This document shows, one piece after another, positions 29,432 to 38,779 of a DNA stretch of 64,000 nt. Position 1 is the stretch's first letter. Each line of letters begins with the position of its first letter. The stretch is from a virus. The notes below the pieces were generated by a model, which saw nothing but the letters and a program-made list of their open reading frames with translations, searched no databases and had not been told where the DNA came from. The stretch covers positions 1 to 64,000 of the IMG/VR virus record IMGVR_UViG_3300017917_001194; one strand, written 5' to 3'. A program made the position numbers and the translations under genes.

Positions 29432-31024
29432 ATGTTTGACAATTCCAAACCAAACGTTATTATTCTCGCAGATTTAACCGATGTGGTCACAATGAGTAAA
29501 ACACTCGGGCCATATAAGGTAGCTAATGAGTTGCGTCGTGCTGGGTTTGAATGTATGGTATTACAACATATTCATACCATGGATTTTGAAGAGTTAAAAT
29601 ATCTGTTAAGCAATCTAATATCAGATCAAACTTTATTTGTTGGGATCAACACAATGTTCTATCAGGACATTGATGGGGTCGTTAAATCGCCAACCGAACC
29701 TATGTATTATAAAGAAGCACATCCTGGTGCTATGTTACCACACGGGTACAAATATAATCAAGAATTTAAAAATTTTGTTAAACTGTGCAACCCTAATACA
29801 AAAATAGTATTAGGAGGATCCAAGTCAGTTGATGCTAGTTGGAATAAAGATTATGATTATCTAGTATTTGGGTATGCTGATGTATCAATTGTTGAACTTG
29901 CTAGATATCTTCAAAATCCTCAAGGAAAACTTAATAAATCTTATCGAAGCATTCATGGCCCTGTTGTTTTAGACGATAGTCGTGCTGAAACATATGATTT
30001 TAATAATACCCCTATGGGGTATGTTGACCACGATATTATACTTCCAGGAGAAACATTAAACATTGAGATAGCCCGAGGTTGTATATTTAGATGTACTTTT
30101 TGTAGTTATCCGTTGAATGGTAAGAAGAAGTTGGATTTTATTAAACACGAAGAAATACTATATAATGAATTTATAGATAACTACCGACAATGGGGAACAA
30201 CACGTTATATTTTTTCTGATGACACGTTTAATGACAGCGCAGAAAAAATTGAGATGATTTGGCGTATTAGCAGACGTTTACCATTTGATCTTGAGTTTTG
30301 GGCATTTGTTCGACTAGACTTGTTATCCGCACATATTGACTTAACAGACAAACTTTTTGAAAGTGGGCTTCGCGGATGCTTTTTTGGAATTGAAACCATG
30401 AATGAAAAATCGGCCCGCTCTATAGGTAAAGGTGGTAGTCGCGAAAAACAAATTGATACCTTAAAATACATTAAGGATAAATGGGGCGATAAAGTTATAT
30501 TATCAGCCGGATTTATACTTGGACTACCATATGAAGATCTTAACAGTATGAATTTAACAATTAATACGTTAGTAAGTAGACAAATACCGCTAGACCATTG
30601 GAGTTTTTTTCCGTTAGTTATCCGGGGTGATATAACACAGCACAGTAGCAATTATCACAGTGAACTAGATAAAAATTATACAAAATACGGGTATCGTAAA
30701 ATTGGAGTTGACGGAATTTTTCTTGATTGGGAAAATGATTATACAAATTATAAAGAAATACTCCAATTATCTAAATGGGCCAATGAAATCTCAACAGAAC
30801 GCGGCATTCGTACAATAGATTCATACCAAGCATTTAGTATTGCCGGTTTGGGTTTTGATTTAGATTTTACAAGAATCAGATCTAATAATGAAATTGATTG
30901 GCATAAAATTTTCTTAACCAAGCAACAACGTGCTTTAGAGTATAAAAATAAAATATACTCTATTCAAAATATCAAACCTTATTATAGCAAATCTAAGTTC
31001 AGTTGGACTTGGTCTGGAGTGTAA
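29432..31024 (+). CDS. B12-binding-like radical SAM protein
   Basis: IARGCIFRCTFC, SDDTFN, FGIET, GFILGLP. Confidence 0.85.
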   Translation: MFDNSKPNVIILADLTDVVTMSKTLGPYKVANELRRAGFECMVLQHIHTMDFEELKYLLSNLISDQTLFVGINTMFYQDIDGVVKSPTEPMYYKEAHPGAMLPHGYKYNQEFKNFVKLCNPNTKIVLGGSKSVDASWNKDYDYLVFGYADVSIVELARYLQNPQGKLNKSYRSIHGPVVLDDSRAETYDFNNTPMGYVDHDIILPGETLNIEIARGCIFRCTFCSYPLNGKKKLDFIKHEEILYNEFIDNYRQWGTTRYIFSDDTFNDSAEKIEMIWRISRRLPFDLEFWAFVRLDLLSAHIDLTDKLFESGLRGCFFGIETMNEKSARSIGKGGSREKQIDTLKYIKDKWGDKVILSAGFILGLPYEDLNSMNLTINTLVSRQIPLDHWSFFPLVIRGDITQHSSNYHSELDKNYTKYGYRKIGVDGIFLDWENDYTNYKEILQLSKWANEISTERGIRTIDSYQAFSIAGLGFDLDFTRIRSNNEIDWHKIFLTKQQRALEYKNKIYSIQNIKPYYSKSKFSWTWSGV

Positions 31025-31772
31025 TGTTCAACTTAGTTAGATCAGCGCAGGTATAGTGTTGATAATTTGATTTAAGGACTTCTGGCATTGGCACTCGACG
31101 AATGTCTGTAGTATATCTCCTGGCAATATCTTCAAAGCTCATAGTTTGACCTGTGCCAATGTTCCATATACCCGATTCATTGATGTTTAACATTTTTAAA
31201 TGAACATCCACTACACGACTTACATGAACAAAGTCACGTTGGGCCGGCTGACCTTCGAATATTTCTACATATCCTTGTTCTTCTGCTTGCTTCTTAAATT
31301 TGTAAAACGGACTGGCTTGATTACCTTTGTGTTCTTCACCTTCTGGCCCGTACACATTAAAGTAACGAAAACCTTGTGTGATAATGTCGCGTGGATTTTG
31401 TCGTACATAGCGTTCAAATAAGTATTTTGTCCAGGCATACGGATTACGTGGATCCACCGGCGATGTTTCGTTGAACTCTGCACCTAATCCATATACACTA
31501 GCTGAACTGGCCCACTGAAAGTTAGCACCTGTTTCTGCGGCCAGTTCGTATAACTTTACACTGAAATCATAGTTTTGTAACATGATCTTTTCAATGTCAC
31601 GTTCCATAGTTGAACTGTTGGCACCAATGTGTATGATCCAGTCAACCTTTTTAATTATAGGGAAGAATGAATCATGCCAATCAAAAGGAATCACTTCGTG
31701 TCCAGCATCGACTAATGTGTCAAACATGTGCTGGCCAATGAATCCACGATAGCCTGTGAGTAATATTTTCAC
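30999..31772 (-). CDS. hldD: ADP-L-glycero-D-manno-heptose 6-epimerase-like
   Basis: TGYRGFIG, GANSST, ASSASVYG, YAWTK, RYFNVYGPEGEEHKG, RDFVHV. Confidence 0.75.
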   Translation of the reverse strand: MKILLTGYRGFIGQHMFDTLVDAGHEVIPFDWHDSFFPIIKKVDWIIHIGANSSTMERDIEKIMLQNYDFSVKLYELAAETGANFQWASSASVYGLGAEFNETSPVDPRNPYAWTKYLFERYVRQNPRDIITQGFRYFNVYGPEGEEHKGNQASPFYKFKKQAEEQGYVEIFEGQPAQRDFVHVSRVVDVHLKMLNINESGIWNIGTGQTMSFEDIARRYTTDIRRVPMPEVLKSNYQHYTCADLTKLNITLQTKSN

Positions 31773-32140
31773 TGCTGACTGTCTCCGGGCAAGACACGAT
31801 AGTTGTCTTCGATAGAGTCAGCTGTGCTTACTTCGATAATGGTACCTGCTTCAATGCAGATAAGTTGATGTGGCAGTAATGGTGGATTATGCCATGTGTC
31901 GCCTTCGGCTAATGGTACCTCAATAACATTAGCAGTCTTGGTGTCAATCCACTTGACAATAAACTTACCACTTTGTACATACCATGTTTCATCTTTCTCT
32001 GCGTGAAAGTGCATGGAGAACTTTGCACCTTCAGCAAAGTTTAAGAACTTACCACAATACTTGTCGTTAGTTGCCCATATGTCTTCGCAACCCCAACCTT
32101 TTTTAACATGACCTTTTAATCTCTTTACTGATCCTGGCAT
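31769..32140 (-). CDS. Cupin-domain sugar isomerase-like protein
   Basis: KGWG.E, SMHFHAEKDETW, PH, EVST. Confidence 0.8.
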   Translation of the reverse strand: MPGSVKRLKGHVKKGWGCEDIWATNDKYCGKFLNFAEGAKFSMHFHAEKDETWYVQSGKFIVKWIDTKTANVIEVPLAEGDTWHNPPLLPHQLICIEAGTIIEVSTADSIEDNYRVLPGDSQQ

Positions 32141-32901
32141 AATATTTCCTCTATTGTTGGAGCATACACTCCTGTGTGCTGTACTGTTATACTTGCGGCT
32201 TTGATAGCAAACTCAATACCCTTGCGTATGTTATTGCTGTCTAAAAATCCCACAGCCAATGCCGCTAAGAATGTATCGCCGGCGCCGCACACATCTACAA
32301 CTTCAATACTTGGTGCCGCAAATCCTTCTTCTTGATACTCAGCACCTTGAGCACCTAATGTGACAATCAAATCCTTAGGAAAGGATTTTGCTAGACTGTG
32401 TTCATGTGCGTTGATTTTAACATAGCAACCTTCAAACCGTTTTAAGTTTGTTTTCTTTGTGTCAATAAAAATTGGTCCAGGATATTGTTTGCGTAAAGCT
32501 TCAATTAGTTCATAACTTACATAACCTTTATTATAATCACTGATTACAATAGCATCTGCATTACTAAGTGTAAAAGGTATGTGATCGAACACTAGTGGAG
32601 AGGAAGTAAAATCTGCGTCTATGCGAACTATGTGTTGCCGACTACGAATGTCAATTAGTCTTGTTTTAGTACCACGTTTCCCCTTCATCGCAACAACTTC
32701 ACAACCAAGTTCTTTTAAGTTGGCCTCGACATTGGAAACCATTCCTGGACGTGCTTCTGTGTGACTGTATCTGAATACCGGCACAGGTGCTTCGGGGCTG
32801 ATACGATCTATATGTCCATACTCGTACTCGTCAATACAATCATCACCTATTAGTAATATCTTGTATTTTCTTTGTAGTCGAGTAAGGATCGAGGCGTTCA
32901 A
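32125..32901 (-). CDS. hldA: Heptose-7-phosphate kinase (RfaE/HldE domain I, PfkB family)
   Basis: [26 protein letters not shown]. Confidence 0.8.
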   Translation of the reverse strand: MNASILTRLQRKYKILLIGDDCIDEYEYGHIDRISPEAPVPVFRYSHTEARPGMVSNVEANLKELGCEVVAMKGKRGTKTRLIDIRSRQHIVRIDADFTSSPLVFDHIPFTLSNADAIVISDYNKGYVSYELIEALRKQYPGPIFIDTKKTNLKRFEGCYVKINAHEHSLAKSFPKDLIVTLGAQGAEYQEEGFAAPSIEVVDVCGAGDTFLAALAVGFLDSNNIRKGIEFAIKAASITVQHTGVYAPTIEEILCQDQ

Positions 32902-33235
32902 AGTAAATTATCCCCGGAGCATGTTCTGCACCAATAACGCTGGTACCACGATGGTCAGAACCTTTGACCATAATGTCACACTGCTTTATTAGATTTATCA
33001 AGTCTTCGTCGGTGTCGAATTCTTTTACGTCATCTACACAACGGAGAGCTCGTAACATTATAGCACGTTCTTCATAGGAATTAATAGGCCTTGCGGAACC
33101 TTTTTTCTCCCGAACACGTCTGTCCGAATCTATAGCAACGGTCAAATGATCACCTAAACTTCGAGCATAGGTTAAAAGTTCTAAGTGCCCTCGATGTAAT
33201 ATATCAAAGGTTCCGTTGACAAATACCTTTTTCAC
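32843..33235 (-). CDS. hldC: Heptose-1-phosphate adenylyltransferase (RfaE domain II)
   Basis: [32 protein letters not shown]. Confidence 0.8.
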   Translation of the reverse strand: MKKVFVNGTFDILHRGHLELLTYARSLGDHLTVAIDSDRRVREKKGSARPINSYEERAIMLRALRCVDDVKEFDTDEDLINLIKQCDIMVKGSDHRGTSVIGAEHAPGIIYFERLDPYSTTKKIQDITNR

Positions 33236-33483
33236 TCGTCAGTCCATTTACGAGTTTGGTCGAAGGACTTTTCTTGAATGGTTCTTTCTTTGAAAAATTT
33301 ACGTGGATTACCGCACATAGCACAATGACTATCACCACATGTGGTAGCGTGTATTTTGCTCAATCTGTGTTCTGGTCCTGTTGGGAATCCGTATGCTTTG
33401 GCGATGCTAGATTGTTTCTTAATAGCACGGATTTTCTTTTGAAGTCGTTTGGAATGCTTGAAACGTTCTACTTGATTGCTCAT
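33232..33483 (-). CDS. Small basic protein with [14 protein letters not shown] motif
   Basis: GGAGG RBS. Confidence 0.7.
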   Translation of the reverse strand: MSNQVERFKHSKRLQKKIRAIKKQSSIAKAYGFPTGPEHRLSKIHATTCGDSHCAMCGNPRKFFKERTIQEKSFDQTRKWTDE

Positions 33484-33518
33484 ATTGTGCCCTCCACTGT
33501 TATTTACACTATAACTGA

Positions 33519-33758
33519 TTACACATCATTTTTAAACAAGTATTTGCCCAAAATAGTCACAGGCGGCATGGGTTTTACGACTAACCCAGTTCGACGCTCT
33601 ACTTCTTGAATAAGTTGACGTCCTACGCCTTGACGTCTGTATTCTACATTAACAAAAATATCGCGGATTTCTGCCCGCGAATTATAAACAGCATACCCTA
33701 CAGTACGTCCTGACTCTGTGGCCAGGACGTTACCTGGGTTATGACTAAACTCAATCAT
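33519..33758 (-). CDS. Minimal GNAT acetyltransferase
   Basis: IFVNVEYRRQGVG acetyl-CoA motif A. Confidence 0.7.
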   Translation of the reverse strand: MIEFSHNPGNVLATESGRTVGYAVYNSRAEIRDIFVNVEYRRQGVGRQLIQEVERRTGLVVKPMPPVTILGKYLFKNDV

Positions 33759-34264
33759 TAACTGTTTAACACTTTTGCCACTGAGTTCATCACTGCCGCG
33801 ATTCTACCAATATCTCGTAGTTGCTCTACAGTATAGCCTAATGCCTTCAAGCCATCGTAATGGGCTTTCACGCAGAACTCGCATTTGCCAACAATACTTG
33901 CGGCAAGACTAAATGCTTCAAAGTTTGCCTTTGTAGTTCCGCCATGACTTGCGATTGCGTTCATTCTTAACTGCGCTGGCAGGCCTTTGAGTTGAGGATC
34001 ATCAGACATTTCAACATAGGGATACCAGACATTGTTTTGGGCCATGGTGCTTGCGGCAGTCATCGCAGCATCAGCATGGACAGGGGTGTCTGCCAACATG
34101 ACAGCCAACACTTTTCCGTTGCCAGTTGCGGCCAATGCGGCCACAGCACAGCCCATGGCCACATCTGGATCTAATGTGCTACGCAAAAGGACAGCATCAA
34201 GATTTAACTTGGTGTCCTTTGCGTATTCTGGCAACGCTTCTTTGATAGCGTCTGTGAATGCCAT
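33758..34264 (-). CDS. ahpD: Alkyl hydroperoxide reductase AhpD
   Basis: LPEYAKDTKLNL, MAQNNVWY, CEFCVKAH (CxxC..H). Confidence 0.9.
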   Translation of the reverse strand: MAFTDAIKEALPEYAKDTKLNLDAVLLRSTLDPDVAMGCAVAALAATGNGKVLAVMLADTPVHADAAMTAASTMAQNNVWYPYVEMSDDPQLKGLPAQLRMNAIASHGGTTKANFEAFSLAASIVGKCEFCVKAHYDGLKALGYTVEQLRDIGRIAAVMNSVAKVLNS

Positions 34265-34803
34265 TATAGTGTCTCCCCGCCGACTGTGCGGTTACAAGCA
34301 CACAATTCGTTTGTTTGAAGGCTATCTAACACACGAAGAGTTTCTTCAGGTGAGCGGCCTACATTCAGATTGTTAACTGTGACATGCTGAATAACATTAT
34401 CAGGGTCAACAATAAAAGTTGCTCTTAATGGAGCACCAGCAGGAGCATAAAATACGCCTAATTGTTCAACTAAACTCAGGTCACCTCGTTGTGTATCAGC
34501 AAACTGATTGTGGCGAATATTTTTTAGATCTGGGTGGGCATTTTGCCACGCAACAGCACAAAATTCATTGTCTGTAGATCCTGTTAAGAGCACAGCATCT
34601 CTGTCCTCAAAATCCTGATATAATTTGTCATACCCAACAATTTCTGTGGGGCAAACAAAAGTGAAAGATTTTGGATAGTAAACGATTACTTTCCATTTGC
34701 CAGGGAATGATTCTTCGTTGATTGTAAAGAACGCATCATCTGGTTGTCCTGGCTTAACACCTGTGATGGTAAATGCTTCAAGTTTGTGTCCTACTGTTTT
34801 CAT
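34264..34803 (-). CDS. ahpC: Peroxiredoxin AhpC
   Basis: FTFVCPTE, RATFIVDP, VGRS.EE.LR, LCACN; upstream of ahpD. Confidence 0.92.
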   Translation of the reverse strand: MKTVGHKLEAFTITGVKPGQPDDAFFTINEESFPGKWKVIVYYPKSFTFVCPTEIVGYDKLYQDFEDRDAVLLTGSTDNEFCAVAWQNAHPDLKNIRHNQFADTQRGDLSLVEQLGVFYAPAGAPLRATFIVDPDNVIQHVTVNNLNVGRSPEETLRVLDSLQTNELCACNRTVGGETL

Positions 34804-34947
34804 GCTATCTCCTTAAGTTAAAAAAATTTGCTATCAGTATTTGTACTGACATGTGTAAAGTATAATAGTATATATCTATTAAGTCAAGGAGATTTATAGG
34901 TTTTTCCTGAATATTTTTTAATAAGGCTTATAGGAAAAATCAATAAC

Positions 34948-35589
34948 TCAATGATAGTGTAGTTGTTTAAGTTCTGGAAGTTTAGCCAAAAATTCCGTGT
35001 GTGGTAGAAATTCGGTGTCAAAGGTCATTGAGCTAATGTCAATGCCGTTGTCTAAGGCCTGTTGATATTTAGAATTTTCAATTATATCAAATATAAGATG
35101 CAATCGGAAAGTATCTCCCCGATTGCAATAGGTGTGATAAATTCGATTGTTTACTTCATAATATTGCCCTACATCAAAATAATGTTCTCTATCTTCTATA
35201 CACCAAAAACAATCAGGATTACTAATAATAGGAACATGAATTCGATGACTGTGTTCGTGCCACCAGCATGGATCTACGTGAAATAATAACTTATCTCCTG
35301 GCATCAAACAAGCAATTTCACATTTGATAAATGTATGATCAGGATACAGTGTGTGCATCCATTGATCAACAGTTTTAAATTCATCTAATACACGTTGAAC
35401 ATCGTATGTTAGTTCTTGTGGTCTTTCTTGTCGAATTCCATATGGAACACGAACTATACGTGTAGTTAATATTTCATTGCGGTCAAAATCCTTTTTAGAC
35501 CAGTCTAGACTTAATGCTAATTCTTGAAGATTAGCAATTACCTCCTGGGGTACTGAACCTAAATGAGTAAAGTCTGTGGTTAAAAACAT
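34948..35589 (-). CDS. Aspartyl/asparaginyl beta-hydroxylase-like 2OG-Fe(II) oxygenase
   Basis: HVD...RIHVPI...EVNN...H...R.HLIFD. Confidence 0.8.
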   Translation of the reverse strand: MFLTTDFTHLGSVPQEVIANLQELALSLDWSKKDFDRNEILTTRIVRVPYGIRQERPQELTYDVQRVLDEFKTVDQWMHTLYPDHTFIKCEIACLMPGDKLLFHVDPCWWHEHSHRIHVPIISNPDCFWCIEDREHYFDVGQYYEVNNRIYHTYCNRGDTFRLHLIFDIIENSKYQQALDNGIDISSMTFDTEFLPHTEFLAKLPELKQLHYH

Positions 35590-35605
35590 AAAGTATATTT
35601 AATAT

Positions 35606-35628
35606 TGGCGGAGACTATTGGATTCGAA
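35606..35628 (-). repeat. Degenerate tandem copy of tRNA-Ser 3' end
   Basis: tggcggagactattggattcgaa vs adjacent tggcggagagtataggattcgaa (21/23 identical). Confidence 0.8.
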
Positions 35629-35717
35629 TGGCGGAGAGTATAGGATTCGAACCTATGCACCGTTATACACAGTGACGGATTAGCAATCCGTTGCATTAAC
35701 CACTCTGCCAACTCTCC
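35629..35717 (-). tRNA. tRNA-Ser(GCT)
   Basis: Cloverleaf, long variable arm, CCA. Confidence 0.92.
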
Positions 35718-35722
35718 TAATT

Positions 35723-35798
35723 TGGTGCTGGAGAAAGGAATCGAACCCTCGACATCCGCATTACAAGTGCGGCGCTCTACCGTCTGAGCTACTCCAGC
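35723..35798 (-). tRNA. tRNA-Thr(TGT)
   Basis: Cloverleaf, CCA. Confidence 0.95.
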
Positions 35799-35799
35799 T

Positions 35800-36237
35800 T
35801 TAAAAACTTTTACCTTCGAGATATCTTTGCTTTCTAAAATGTCTTCCATTGCCTCTATTCTTGCCTTTATATGTTTCTGTTTGGCTATGACAATTTGGAC
35901 AAATCATTGCTAAGTTATCTTCAGTTTGATTTTGGCTATTACCATCAACGTGTTCCACCTCAAGTGTCAGTGGCTTACCGTTCCATTCTATTGTGCCGCA
36001 TATAGCACAACAGTGATTCTGTTTTTCTAACAGATATCTTTTAATATGAACGCTTACACCGTTTGGTCCTGCGCCTACTCTTAATCCTTCTTTCCATTCC
36101 TTAACGTATCTTTTATATTGAGCAGTTTGTTGGCATTTTATCGAACAGTAAATATTTTTCTTACCAGGATGATAATTTGCTTCTGTACCACAATCAATAC
36201 ACAAATATGTTTTAGGGTTAATTCTCTTTTTTGCCAT
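35800..36237 (-). mobile_element. HNH homing endonuclease
   Basis: LEVEHVDGNSQN...NLAMICPNCHSQT. Confidence 0.88.
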
Positions 36238-36280
36238 GGTATAGCACTCCTTACATTTATTTATGCTATACCAATGAATT

Positions 36281-36469
36281 TTACTCTGCGGCTTCTACCA
36301 CAGGAGGCGTGTAGCCTAATTTTTGAATACGGCGTTGAATTTTAGCCACAATTTTTTTCTTACTTGCACGTTCTAACAGTTTAACCAACTGTGGTCCATT
36401 GAGACTGACAATCTTTACTTCACCGGATTTGGTGTAACCTGGCTTCTTACGATTTAATTTCTTTGACAT
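36281..36469 (-). CDS. Small basic protein (MSKKLNRKKPGYTKSG...)
   Basis: AAGGAG RBS before ATG 36469. Confidence 0.65.
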   Translation of the reverse strand: MSKKLNRKKPGYTKSGEVKIVSLNGPQLVKLLERASKKKIVAKIQRRIQKLGYTPPVVEAAE

Positions 36470-36520
36470 TATTGACTCCTTTGTTCTACTTATTTTAGTT
36501 GTTGTTGCCGATAAAAGTTT

Positions 36521-36605
36521 TGGTACGAGGGGCGGGATTCGAACCCGCAAGGCTATTCGCCGCTGGATTTTAAATCCAGTGTGTAGACCGTTCCACCACC
36601 CTCGC
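36521..36605 (-). tRNA. tRNA-Leu(TAA)
   Basis: Cloverleaf, long variable arm, CCA. Confidence 0.9.
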
Positions 36606-36611
36606 AAAATC

Positions 36612-36890
36612 TTATATAGCGTCTGACAAGTTGGCCCAGGTAATATCCTTGGGATCAACGATGGCTACATTGTATTCGTACTTACGCAATAACTTCTGAG
36701 GTGGTACGGCACGACGTGGCATACCATTAACCTTGCCTGCTGTTGAATCAATTGGTTGTACCCAAACAAAAGTCTTGGAAAACTTAACCACACGTGCAAT
36801 CACAATACGGTTATTAGCCACAGTGAATACGTGTTGCCCGATTTCTAATGGTTTGCCTAGTAGATCCTTAACAACATAATCGTTAATCAT
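36612..36890 (-). CDS. Hypothetical protein (MINDYVVKDLLG...)
   Basis: AGGAG RBS before ATG 36890. Confidence 0.65.
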   Translation of the reverse strand: MINDYVVKDLLGKPLEIGQHVFTVANNRIVIARVVKFSKTFVWVQPIDSTAGKVNGMPRRAVPPQKLLRKYEYNVAIVDPKDITWANLSDAI

Positions 36891-36907
36891 ACTAACTCCT
36901 ATATAGT

Positions 36908-36981
36908 TGGAGCAGGGTAAGGGAATCGAACCCTCCGCTCTAGCTTGGAAGGCTAGGGTATTACCACTATACGAACCCTGC
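36908..36981 (-). tRNA. tRNA-Gly(TCC)
   Basis: Cloverleaf, CCA. Confidence 0.95.
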
Positions 36982-36990
36982 ATTTATAAT

Positions 36991-37019
36991 AATATAACAC
37001 AATCTACTATACTTGTCAA
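36991..37019 (-). promoter_or_regulatory. Internal sigma70-type promoter in the tRNA array
   Basis: TTGACA-N17-TATATT. Confidence 0.6.
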
Positions 37020-37024
37020 TTAGG

Positions 37025-37109
37025 TGGTGCCCCAGGTGAGACTCGAACTCACACGCCTTTTGGGCAACGGCTTCTAAGACCGTCATGGCTACCATTACAT
37101 CACCGGGGC
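37025..37109 (-). tRNA. tRNA-Leu(TAG)
   Basis: Cloverleaf, long variable arm, CCA. Confidence 0.92.
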
Positions 37110-37114
37110 ATATT

Positions 37115-37205
37115 TGGAGGAAGAGGTGGGATTCGAACCCACGGATCGCTCATCACGATCGCTAGTTTTCAAGACTAGAGCCATCAACCACTCGACCACT
37201 CTTCC
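37115..37205 (-). tRNA. tRNA-Ser(TGA)
   Basis: Cloverleaf, long variable arm, CCA. Confidence 0.92.
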
Positions 37206-37206
37206 A

Positions 37207-37281
37207 TGGTAGTAGTGGTAAGATTCGAACTTACACCGGACCGCGTATGAAGCGGGCGCACTACCGTTATGCTACACTACC
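37207..37281 (-). tRNA. tRNA-CAT (probably elongator Met)
   Basis: Cloverleaf, loop TTCATAC, CCA. Confidence 0.85.
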
Positions 37282-37293
37282 ATAAATATTACT

Positions 37294-37800
37294 ATGAGAA
37301 TAAAAGAGATTTTAACTGAAGCACATCACAGCATCATACTAACCATGCCAATTGGACCATGGAAAGTGCAAATCGATTCTCATGCGTATGCTACATTACC
37401 TGCTCGTAATATTCCGTTAGAAAACTTTACCAATATGATAAGTTATATGTGTTATCTACCGGATGTTCTTCCGACAATTCCTGTTGGGCGCGGTGCATAT
37501 TTTCAAGACACAAATACTGCTATTTCAATATATGTAACACGTGTAGCTGACAATGTCGTTAGAGTAGAAACAGTGTTGGACCGCACAATGAAGCCAAAGC
37601 AACCTTTATTCCGCAGACCAGTGCCTGCACCGGACATGAAAAATCTTAAGCCTGTTGACTACAGCGCAATAAAGGCTGATGTACAAGCCCGCGGTAGAGA
37701 TGCAGTTAGTCAAGACTTGGAAAAAACTCTACAACCTATCACACCCGTTAACCGAGCTGAGCGAAGAAAATTCGCCAAAGTAATGCGTCGTTTAAAATAA
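37294..37800 (+). CDS. Late-expressed hypothetical protein (MRIKEILTE N-terminus)
   Basis: TAAATA-N5-ATG; antisense to tRNA array. Confidence 0.7.
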   Translation: MRIKEILTEAHHSIILTMPIGPWKVQIDSHAYATLPARNIPLENFTNMISYMCYLPDVLPTIPVGRGAYFQDTNTAISIYVTRVADNVVRVETVLDRTMKPKQPLFRRPVPAPDMKNLKPVDYSAIKADVQARGRDAVSQDLEKTLQPITPVNRAERRKFAKVMRRLK

Positions 37801-37836
37801 TCTACCATATAAAAATACTCTTGTGTAAAAATGTTT

Positions 37837-38016
37837 TTATATGGTGGGACTGCTCGGATTCGAACCGAGACTCTTACCGGTTAAAAGCCGGATGTTTTGG
37901 CCAGTTAAACTACAATCCCTCATTTTCTCTTTACGTCGTAGAGCTTTGTTGCTCTTGCGGTGCGAGCCCGCCTTCCGTTTATTTGCTAGTACAGCAAATG
38001 GATTTCTTGGTTTCAT
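37837..38016 (-). CDS. Basic micro-ORF reading through tRNA-Lys (candidate ArfA-like ribosome rescue factor)
   Basis: AAAGGAGA RBS; MKPRNPFAVLANKRKAGSHRKSNKALRRKEKM then in-frame through the entire tRNA-Lys to TAA 37837-37839. Confidence 0.6.
   Translation of the reverse strand: MKPRNPFAVLANKRKAGSHRKSNKALRRKEKMRDCSLTGQNIRLLTGKSLGSNPSSPTI
37842..37919 (-). tRNA. tRNA-Lys(TTT)
   Basis: Cloverleaf GGGATTG/CAGTCCC, CCA. Confidence 0.92.
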
Positions 38017-38038
38017 TTTATTCTCCTTTGTTAAAAAT

Positions 38039-38113
38039 TGGCCCGCCGTGCAGGAATCGAACCCACATTCTAGAGGTAGAAGCTCTATGTCCTATCCATT
38101 GAACGAACGGCAG
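38039..38113 (-). tRNA. tRNA-Arg(TCT)
   Basis: Cloverleaf, CCA. Confidence 0.93.
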
Positions 38114-38118
38114 TTATT

Positions 38119-38213
38119 TGGTAGCAGATCTAGGATTTGAACCTAGCCGTTCCGGCCCATCTAGCCAGTCTCCAGAGTTTATAAGTCTCCGCCGCACTCC
38201 AGTGCTATCTGCC
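38119..38213 (-). tRNA. Non-canonical tRNA-like RNA, TAT anticodon, long variable arm
   Basis: 7-bp acceptor+ACCA, normal T-arm, mini D-arm, 6-bp variable stem. Confidence 0.65.
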
Positions 38214-38214
38214 T

Positions 38215-38290
38215 TGGGGTGCTGTATGGGACTCGAACCCATATTAACGGAATCACAATCCGTGGTGTTAACCTTTACACTAACTGCACC
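38215..38290 (-). tRNA. tRNA-His(GTG)
   Basis: Cloverleaf with G-1:C73, CCA. Confidence 0.9.
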
Positions 38291-38291
38291 A

Positions 38292-38765
38292 TTAACCGTT
38301 GGCTATATTAAGGCTCTTGTACCTATCTGCCGCATAGCTAGCCGCGAATGCTCGGGGCTTGACCATTGGAATAACATTACAAGTACCACGGATATAACCT
38401 ATGGCTTGACCGCATACGTTAGAACTAGCGTAGTGTTCATCTGGGTTTAAGTCTAGGTGAACTTCAACATGGCGATTTTCTAGTACGTCTGCTAATTTTA
38501 AATACAATTCACTTGCTTTATACACTTCGGTCATCAAGCGAGTGTTAGGACGATCCACGCGATCATAATCACGTTCACGTGAGACTTCGCCAAATATCTT
38601 ACAGCCATTGTTGCCGTTGATGTGTACAACTATAACCGCTGTATAGTCCGCATACCACGCATGATTTACTTGTAATCGTTCACTATCCACACCGATATAA
38701 ATTTTAGTATCTGGTGTTTGTGCTTCAATGAACGCTTTTAATGCTGGTATGTCAAACTTTTTCAT
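38292..38765 (-). CDS. RNase H-like YkuK (DUF458) family protein
   Basis: IYIGVDS, RLMTEV, EVHLDLN, AASYAAD. Confidence 0.8.
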   Translation of the reverse strand: MKKFDIPALKAFIEAQTPDTKIYIGVDSERLQVNHAWYADYTAVIVVHINGNNGCKIFGEVSRERDYDRVDRPNTRLMTEVYKASELYLKLADVLENRHVEVHLDLNPDEHYASSNVCGQAIGYIRGTCNVIPMVKPRAFAASYAADRYKSLNIANG

Positions 38766-38779
38766 TTAATCCTCACTGG

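Noticed and set aside
37805-37844. Hairpin CCATATAAAAA/TTTTTATATGG as a separate ncRNA
   Set aside because: More simply a tRNA trailer or processing stem or terminator between convergent units, like 42218-42255 and the tmRNA intervening stem.
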